Shown here piece after piece: positions 54,729-64,000 of a stretch of DNA of 64,000 bases. The position numbers and the translations under genes were made by a program. The notes beneath the pieces were generated by a model. It was not told the DNA's origin. It saw only the letters and a list, made by a program, of their open reading frames with translations, and ran no database searches. The DNA comes from the human T2T-CHM13v2.0 reference genome, Homo sapiens, in the NCBI GenBank assembly GCA_009914755.4, contig CP068257.2, positions 23,232,001-23,296,000 on the forward strand, in the 5' to 3' direction. The stretch's first letter is position 1, and each line of letters opens with the position of its first letter.

Positions 54729-57700
54729 GCCACTAACAGATTTGCTCATTCTGTATTCTAGCCGTGCATGCCCTGCTCCTTCTATAAAATCTGAGCCACC
54801 TCTCACATCCCACTTTCTGTGGTATTCACTTACCAAACACAAACCAGTGAATCTATCTCTCTTCCAAACAGGCATTCATTTTCTTCTGTTGTTATTTAAT
54901 CATCATCCATAGTATTCCTTACAATAACTGTCCATCACATTTTTCAGCCTATAGGTATAGCGTGCATTTCCCAAACTCCCATCCTCCCATTCCCACTCCA
55001 TTTCAGCAGTTAAGTAGGATTCAACTTCTCACATTCTACTTTAGGGAGAATAGAAGGCATATCCTTTATTTTCCTGTAATTAAACATATCCAGGATCCTT
55101 TGCTACCCTTCTCCCCTCCTATTACTATAGCAGAATTATTCTTCCTGTTACCTAAAGCCAATTACTCCACCTGTGATTGGTTCTCATCCACTCCTATCTT
55201 CTAAGCTATCAATGATCTCTTTTCCCTTTTGATATTTACCTTCTCCTCGGGTGAGTTCCTCTTACTGTCTTAAAATAAAATTTCTCCCATTGTGCTACAT
55301 TTCTGCCTCTCACAGTCCCTTTCTCTATCTACCCTTCTGATCTTCAGACCAGCATATTCAATAAGCTTTTTCCACTCATGTATTTAGATAACTCCAAGTC
55401 ATTTGAAGCTCAGTATGCCCAAAATAAAATTTACAATTTCATACATTCCATCCCACTAAAAAAAAATAATAAAACCCCACAGCTTGTCTATTTCCAGGGT
55501 TTTCTGTCTCAGTAACTATCACCATCAGCAAGCCAGACACTTAGACATCATAATTTATTTTATCTTCTCCCTTTCATTCCATGTAGAGTCCATCAAAAGA
55601 TCTGATCAATTGTGTATCCTAAATACCAATGACATTCACCCCCTTCTCTCCATCTCCACTTCTACCATTTCAGAAAAGCTGCCTTTATTCATGACTCTAA
55701 ACATTTTAATCTGCATTTTCTGTCTACAGCATCCAGCCAAGATCCTGCTAAAGTGTCCAATGACATCTCTATCGCTAAACCAAGGGAAATTTTTGTCTTT
55801 ATCTTGCTTGACCTCTCAGCAAAATTCAGTACTGTTCATGATCCTGTCCTTCTAGAAACACTGTTGATCCTTGTCTTCCATGAAAACTTCTAAATTTTTG
55901 CCTATTTTAGCCTCTCTTTTTCAGTTCTCTTTTTTGACTTTTCAATTTTAACTGGACCATTAAAACTGAAGTTTCATAAGAAGTCTCTCTCTCTCTTTCT
56001 CTCTCTCGATCTTCTCTATTTCTACCATTTCTCATTAGATGATCTTATTCATGACATGACTTCAAAGAATATTTACATACACTACTCCATTATCTTAGCT
56101 CATTAACATCTCCCCTCCTGAAGAAAAGCCTTCTCAATCTTATAGTTAATGTTAATTCCCCTATTAATTACTTTCACACCTTGTATGTTCCTTTATAGTG
56201 CTTACTGTTTTCAATTATAAACTTATTTACATGATTATTCTATTATTATTTTTTACACCATTACACTATTTGTTACATGAGATATAGTTTCACATTTTTA
56301 ACGTTCATTTTATTTTTTATTTCTATGCAAAGGTCTTAGAACTATACTTTAAATATAACAAAATCAGAAACTAAAATATTTCCAAATTAGAAAACATTGA
56401 ATGTTCAAATACATAATATTCAATGTACTATATTGGTTATGATTGATAGTCAAGAAACTCTTTACATTTCTAATGTCTATAAAAATTAAGCAAATTTACC
56501 TCATAATACGTAGTGTGAAAATAAAATATCTTGGGTGCCCAGAATCACTAAGGAAAACTCAAGCTGGAAAGTGCTTAGGGCAAACCTGCCTCCCATTCTA
56601 TTCAAAGTTATCCCTCTGCTCACTGCAATAGATGCCTATGTGATTGCCTCCTTTGGAAAGGCTAGTTAGAAAGTCAAAAGAATGGAACTCTTTGTGTCTC
56701 ACCTATCTGTGACCTGGAAGCTCCCTCTCCATTTCAAATCTTCCTGCCTTTGCTTCAAGTTGTCCCGCCTTTTCAGACCAAACCAATGTACTTCTTACAT
56801 ATGTTGATGAATGTCTCATGTCTCCCTAAAATGTATAAAATTCATAACCTCGACGATCAGCAAGCTATCCAAAAAATAGGAGGACTATTCCAGACTTTAC
56901 CCCTCACTTCCTCCTCCCTTATTATTGGCAGCCTAGTTGTGTTGCGGGCGCATTCTCAACCTTGGCAAAATAAACTTTCTGAATTAACTGAGACCTGTCT
57001 CAGATTTTCTGGGTTCCCAATAGTATTGCTTGCAAAGCAATTACAAAGATGACAGCCTTGATGTGATATATTATTTCCTGTTTTACAGTGTAAATGTTGT
57101 AAGCTGTGACATAGTAAATATGTTTCAGTTATAAGGATCAATACACATTCTCTCACAAGTTAATAAGTAGATGTAATCTGGTGAAAAATTAAGAAATAAA
57201 TGTTTAATTGCATTAAAATGATGGTTTTCCCAAAAAATGATGAGCTAACCCACTTCTGTGCCAGCATAAATTAAATCATAATACTACAATTCTTTTTCCT
57301 TTTTCTCTGCACAATACAATTATTGTGCTCATTGAGCTCTGAGAGCAATTATGGTCAATGAATTTATTTTCTCCATAATAAAGAACAAGATCATATTAGT
57401 ACTTGAGAATTCAATCGGCATAATAGGCCTTTCAGTCAATGTATTCCTTCTCAAGTTGCCTTCTATATTAAGATCTCCTTTATACTTATCACAATAGAAA
57501 AAAATATACATGGCATTTCATTTTAAAGCAACTTTCATCTGCAAAGTCATCTGCTATGAAAATCCTATTGAAACAACACAGTAAGTATCATGTATGTGTC
57601 CTTCTTACTCAAAGGTATATGTAAATGTCTATTTGGAGAAAAAAGTTTGCTTTGAAAGATCGCTTTCCAAAGAGAGCATGTTTTGTCCTTAAAATACTGC

Positions 57701-58092
57701 ACTTTTAACAAATTGATAGAATCAGTCACATCCTATCACATCATAGTAGTATAATTTTCTCCCCTTCCCTTCCCTCATTTATGGATCATCTCAGAATTTT
57801 GCATTCTATTCCCCTCTTTCTATCTTTAGAAAAACAATAATACTTGCTTCATTATTAGAACAAAATTAATTTTAGTTGTCAATTTGTGAAAACTAAATGC
57901 TGTGGAAGAAAACCAAAAGAACTGAGAGTAGAATAGCAAGCAAGAGGCAGTTTGTTCTCAACCACCTATTAGCTAAAGTGTCTTTAATCCCTCAGAACTG
58001 TAGTTTGCCTGCATAGAAAGGAATGTTTTATATATGTTATATATGTATAACATGTCTAATTTCATTAGTAAAGATAGAGAAGTTGGTGAAGT

Positions 58093-58410
<318 letters not shown>

Positions 58411-58747
58411 TAGATTTTTTTATTAACCTGCACCATAGATATGCTTTGAGCAAATCTATTCTTCTCTATTTACATTATACCAAAATGTTTTTATGTGGCC
58501 TAATATGGTCTAATATTAATCTGTGTCTTCAAATTAAATACTATCATACATGATGCCTTTTTCTACCAAAAGATCTAAATCTTAAAAATATAATAAATAT
58601 AAATTAAAAAAATAAATGGAGATGGTTTAGGACTTGTTTGGATTCAGTTTAGTTCTACCACTTACTATCTATAACCATAAACATGTTTTATGATCTCTAT
58701 TAATAACTTTACTGTTTATTGTGTTTTCTTCTATATAATAGAGCATT

Positions 58748-58845
58748 TGAAAATTTAAGAAATATTTAAAAATTTAACAAAAAATTTAACAAAATTTTAA
58801 GAAAATTTAACAAAAAAAAATTTAACAAAAAATATGGCCAATATG
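58748..58845. repeat. A-rich minisatellite-like tandem repeat, unit about 13-16 bp ('aaatttaacaaaa'), 6-7 copies
   Basis: 'aaatttaagaaatatttaaaaatttaacaaaaaatttaacaaaattttaagaaaatttaacaaaaaaaaatttaacaaaaaatatgg'. Confidence 0.8.
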
Positions 58846-59796
58846 GTAGCTGCTGATCTGATAATTAAATTAATTCCTAAGATCAATAATTTCTATACAG
58901 TCATGTGCCACATAGCCATGTTTCAGTCAACGTTGGACTGCATATGTGACGAGGGCCCCATAAGAGTATAATGAAGCTGAAAAATTCCTATCTCCTGGTG
59001 ATATCAAAGTGCATTTTTTGTTTTCCTTATAAATTTAGTGTAGCCTGAGTGTACAGTGCTTAGAGAGTCTACAGCATGTACAGTAAAGTCCTAGGCTTTC
59101 AGGTTCACTCACTACCTATGGACTCACCCACAGCAATCTCCAGTCCTGCAGCCTCCACTTATGGGGCCTGCCTGTACAGGTGTACCAGTTTTTATCTTTT
59201 ATACCATATTTTTACTGTCCCTTTTCCATGTTTAGGTATGTTTAGACACACAAATGCTTACCATTGTGTTATGATTGCCTATAGTTTTTATTCATAATTA
59301 GTTAATTATTAATTTTTTAATAGCATAGTAGCATGCTGTACAGGTTTGAAGACTAGAAGCAATAGGCTATTCCACATAGCCCAGGTGTGTAGTAGGTTAT
59401 ACCACCTAAGTTTGTGTAAGTACGTCCTATGGTGTTTGCACAATGATCAAATGACCTAATGACACACTTCTCCTCATGTAGCCCTGTCATTGTGATGTAT
59501 GGGTATTTTAATTGAATGATAAAACAAGAGGATACCTCCTTAACAACAGGAAATAAAACACATAAAGGTTATGTCAATAAATTATGCCAGACAAAAATGA
59601 TAAAGTAACATCATTAGGTAAAAATGTTAAATAATCAAAAAGAGGTGTTTTAGTTTTTTGTTTAGTTTAACAAGTATTTATTAACAATGTAATATATAGC
59701 TAGCTTCATACTATGCTACCAGGAGTGTAGAATAAGAAGATGGTAAACTCTTACCTCTGTTAATTATTGAGTTAGAAATGCAATACCTGAGCATCA

Positions 59797-60165
<369 letters not shown>

Positions 60166-60515
60166 TCAGTAAACCTGTGCTCTGGATAGTCATTAGAATG
60201 AAAAATATTTGTTACAACCATCTGAGAAAGTCTCACAATAGAGTTGGGATTTATATAAACCTTAAGAAGTGATTGGCTTAGAAAAAGAAAAGAATACCCA
60301 TCACCAGCAGAACATACAAACAGAAAACCACAAGAAAATATAGAGATGAGAAAATGCATACTGTTTATTGAGTGACAGACCAAAATACACTGTTGTCTAA
60401 AAGAAAACAGGCTTTCAAAAGTAGTGAAAAGATTAGGTTGAACTACTGTGAAATGTCACATGTACTGTTAATATGTTTTTGAACTTTATCTGAAAGGTAA
60501 TGTGAATATTTTTGA

Positions 60516-60815
<300 letters not shown>

Positions 60816-62519
60816 AAAGGCATTTCTATTTTTGTGTTTCACAGTAAGTTTAAGTTAAAAATGTACTAAACACAATAAACTCTATTTTTAGATTGGATAT
60901 TATGCTGAAACTTTGTTTTCCTTAGATTCATTGTATAATCAAAAGATAAGGAAAATGACAAAAAATCTTGGCATTCCCATGAGATTGCTTTTTATCAGCT
61001 GACCATCTGAAGACAGCTGGGACAATAGCTGGCAGTGGATCACCTCTACTTCTGCCTGGCTAAAAATAAATGGTCAGTGAAAATTGCCTAAAACTCTATC
61101 ATAAAGATTTGCTCATTTTCCTAGGCATATTCCTATTACTCTACACTCAGTGCATACTGTTTACTTTTGTGAGTCTTGCTATATTATTATTAAAGTCTAT
61201 GGTGATATATGTTGGCTCATTTAGTTTAGTATCTTAAAGATCAATGTATCTAACTCAGTAATTTTCCCAGTAGCACAGGTATTGACGAATGGCTTGCAAT
61301 AACACAAGGAAATTTTCCTTGAACTCTCACATATTATCATCTCTAAAGGTATTACACACTAATTAGAACCAACCTTCCTTGTTATTTTGTTAACTGGAGA
61401 TCAATTTGCTAATCACTAAATAACAGAAAAGCATGACAGGGATAATACATATTGCCTCTGCCTTATAATCTCCAGACTTGGCTGATGTCTTGGAGCCTGT
61501 CAGGACTTCTGGATTTAGAGCACAGGCTAATGCAGTAGCCTTCATCAACAGGCAGGAGACTTGCCTACTGGAGAAGCATAAAGATGAGCATCTCACACTA
61601 CCACAGACAGGACCTTCTTGAGAAGCAGCACCATGCTCTGGGCTTGCTTTGAATGTTTCTTTCCCATGAGATATGTGTGTACAGCTGGTGCTGGGACTCA
61701 CGAGTCTCTCGCTTTTGGTTAAGTGTCATAAAAAAAGACATATTTTTTTTCTATGCAGATTTGAGAAAGGAAAAAAAACTATATTTATGTTTACTCTAGA
61801 AGATAATTTATCTTTTCTTGGAAAAATTGTAACAATACAAAATTCCCATAGCAGTTTCAAAATGCAGAAGTTACAAAAAAGTGAAATTCCTTATAAAATA
61901 TCCATGTGAATGCCAGAGGCTAATTTTATTCTCTCTCATGGAAACAAAATCTCAAGTGAGCCTAATTTATTAGTTCATTGATGTTGTTACTATCTCAAAC
62001 TAAAAGACAAGGGGCTTTTTCTTTGCAGTAAATTCACCAATATTTTTAAATCATTGGTCAAATGCATTATCTATTTATTTCCAATATACAAGAGAAAAAT
62101 AAAAGATAAAAGTTCTGTGCATTACCAATGTACCCATATTCTATAAGTGAGAAATTGAAGCATAGAATTTATTCATTGTCTATTTAACATTAAGTAAATT
62201 TAATAAAAGCAATTTATTTCAAAAATAATTCTGACTTGGACCTATGTGGTCCATCAAATTTTTCTACTTGCTTTTCTTATGAAACATTCACAGTCTTTCT
62301 GTGTGCTGTTTGTTAAGTATATTTTAGTTTAAGTGTCCTAAAACTGATACTGTTATATTTTCAAATGTCATATTGTAGTATATCAGGAATTTTTTTTTAG
62401 AAATATATCATGGGACTAGAATTATGGAGGAAAAAAAATGGAGGTTTAAGAAAATGTCAATCCTTATAAGTTAGTATTATTAAATTAATATTAAGAATGT
62501 TAAGAAAACATGTGGTTTT

Positions 62520-62818
62520 GGCCAGGCGCAGTGGCTAAACCCCAGTACTTTAGGAGGCCAAGGTCGATGGATCACCTGAGGTCAGGGGTTCAAGACCAGC
62601 CTGGCCAACATGGTGAAACCCCAACTCTACTAAAAATATAAAAATTAGCTGGGCGTGGTGATACACGCCTGTAATCCCAGCTACTCAGGAGGCTGAGGCA
62701 GGAGAATCACTTGAACCAAGGAGTTGGAGGTTGCAGTTAGCCGAGATTGCACCACTGCACTACAGCCTGGTGACACAGCAAGACTTCATCTCAAAAAAAA
62801 AAAAAAAAAAAAAAAAGA
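62520..62818 (+). mobile_element. Alu SINE (full length) with long poly-A and TSD
   Basis: 'ggccaggcgcagtggctaaaccccagtactttaggaggccaaggtcgatggatcacctgaggtcaggggttcaagaccagcctggccaacatggtgaaaccccaactctactaaaaatataaaaattagctgggcgtggtgatacacgcctgtaatcccagctactcaggagg...ctacagcctggtgacacagcaagacttcatctcaaaaaaaaaaaaaaaaaaaaaaaag'. TSD-like 'agaaaacatg(t)ggtttt' before the 5' end (62504-62519) and after the tail (62817-62832). Confidence 0.9.
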
Positions 62819-63016
62819 AAACATGGTTTTAAAGGATTATGGTTGTCATAGGTGAGGAGTCTGAAAGATTGACTGCTTAGTACTTAATTGTGAGCACTAA
62901 CACTGAAAGTTAAAGGAGAGAGACAACAAAATGGGCAAACATAAAAAAAACCTCCCCTGCTGTCTCCTTTCTTAATGATTCTAGATCTTTGTTAGTAAGT
63001 GTGACTTTTTACGCAA

Positions 63017-63577
63017 GTGCATGGTTTATGGAGTACATTAGTCAGGGTTCTCCAGAGAAACAAAACCAATAGAATATATATATAAATACATATATATATA
63101 GAGAGAAAGATTTATCATAAGGTATAATAACAACAGTCTTGCATGATTACCAAAGCTGAGAAGTCCCATGCTCTGCCCTCTGAAAGCTGGAGATGGAGGA
63201 AAGCTGGTGTTGGTATAGTTGGAAGGCCTGAGGGACAGAGAGCTGATGGCGAACATTCCACTCAAAATTTGACTGCCTGAGAAGCAGGAATGAGTGCCAA
63301 GGGCATGAGAAGATTGCTATCCCAATTCAAGCAGTCAGGCAGAGAGTGAATTTAACCTTATTTTGTCTTTTAGTCATTTTCAAGTCCTGAATGATTTGGA
63401 TGATGTAAACTTACATTTGGGCAAATGAAGGGCCATATGCTTTACTCATGCACCAATTCAAATAAATGCTCATCTCATGCTGAAATACCCTCATAGACAT
63501 AGCCAGAAATGATATTTTACCAGCCATCTAGGCATCCATTAGCCTAGGCAAGTTAACATATAAAATTTACTATCACA
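63017..63577 (+). mobile_element. MLT1-type MaLR solo LTR, sense
   Basis: 'tgcatggtttatggagtacattagtcagggttctccagagaaacaaaaccaatagaatatatatataaatacatatatatatagagagaaagatttatcataagg...gctgagaagtcccatgctctgccctctgaaagctggagatggaggaaagctggtg...aagcagtcaggcagagagtgaatttaacc...tcaagtcctgaatgatttggatgatgtaaacttacatttgggcaaatgaagggccatatgctttactcatgcaccaattcaaataaatgctcatctcatgctgaaataccctcatagacatagccagaaatgatattttaccagccatctaggcatccattagcctaggcaagttaacatataaaatttactatcaca' is collinear with the MLT1 LTR consensus (TGTTGCATGGTGTCTGTGTTAGTCAGGGTTCTCCAGAGAAACAGAACC...AATTAACCATCACA). Confidence 0.8.
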
Positions 63578-64000
63578 GGAAAAGACTGGAAAAATAATAT
63601 AATCATCAGGAAAGGCTTATCTATATAATTTGTCTGGAAATTTTCTTCTCCGGGCCAAGTTGTGCATTGCTTTTTGCATACTGTTACATTGTATCTTTCC
63701 ATGCCACTCTATCCTCTTATTCTGCTTTAATTTCTATTAGTTCAATTCACCCCCGACATAGTATGAAAGTATTTCCTTAGTTGTTTGGTTGTTTATACCT
63801 TCCTCTCATCCACATTAGAAAGTAAACTCTATATTTCTTTGTTCATAGAAGTATGTCAAGAACCAAGAATAGTGCATGGCACACAGTAGGAGCTCAGTAA
63901 ATAAATAAATGAATATTCATTTATTGAATTAATAAATGTATCCAACATTAGCATTTGGTTTTAACCATATAACCATTCCTTCCATCATTGAAAATTTAGT

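Overview
This window is primate (human-type) nuclear genomic DNA, not a prokaryotic or viral locus. It is AT-rich and CpG-depleted outside retroelements, and it is densely packed with interspersed repeats. I recognise about 17 Alu SINEs by eye, several of them with clear target-site duplications (TSDs). L1 LINE fragments span several age classes; the largest is a 5.6 kb near-full-length L1PA copy in minus orientation whose ORF1 and ORF2 remnants account for essentially all the long ORFs in the six-frame track. There are MaLR/ERVL-type LTRs (THE1/MST/MLT1-like), including one LTR-internal-LTR full-length element. A MADE1 mariner-derived fragment and several microsatellite or minisatellite tracts complete the picture. 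I cannot support any host protein-coding exon, tRNA, rRNA, CpG-island promoter, CRISPR array or defence-type system from the sequence. Every ORF in the track is either a retroelement ORF remnant, an antisense read-through of Alu or L1, or a low-complexity artefact. I see no previously undescribed system. The observations worth a second look are retrotransposon-structural: a composite L1+Alu insertion flanked by one 12-bp TSD, an L1 with a clean twin-priming-style 5' inversion, a large L1PA insertion without a visible TSD that sits between two oppositely oriented older L1 fragments together with an 85-bp direct repeat, and a 116-bp near-perfect palindrome. All coordinates are by-eye boundaries (roughly ±10 bp). 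Subfamily names are from memory of consensus sequences and are not database-verified.
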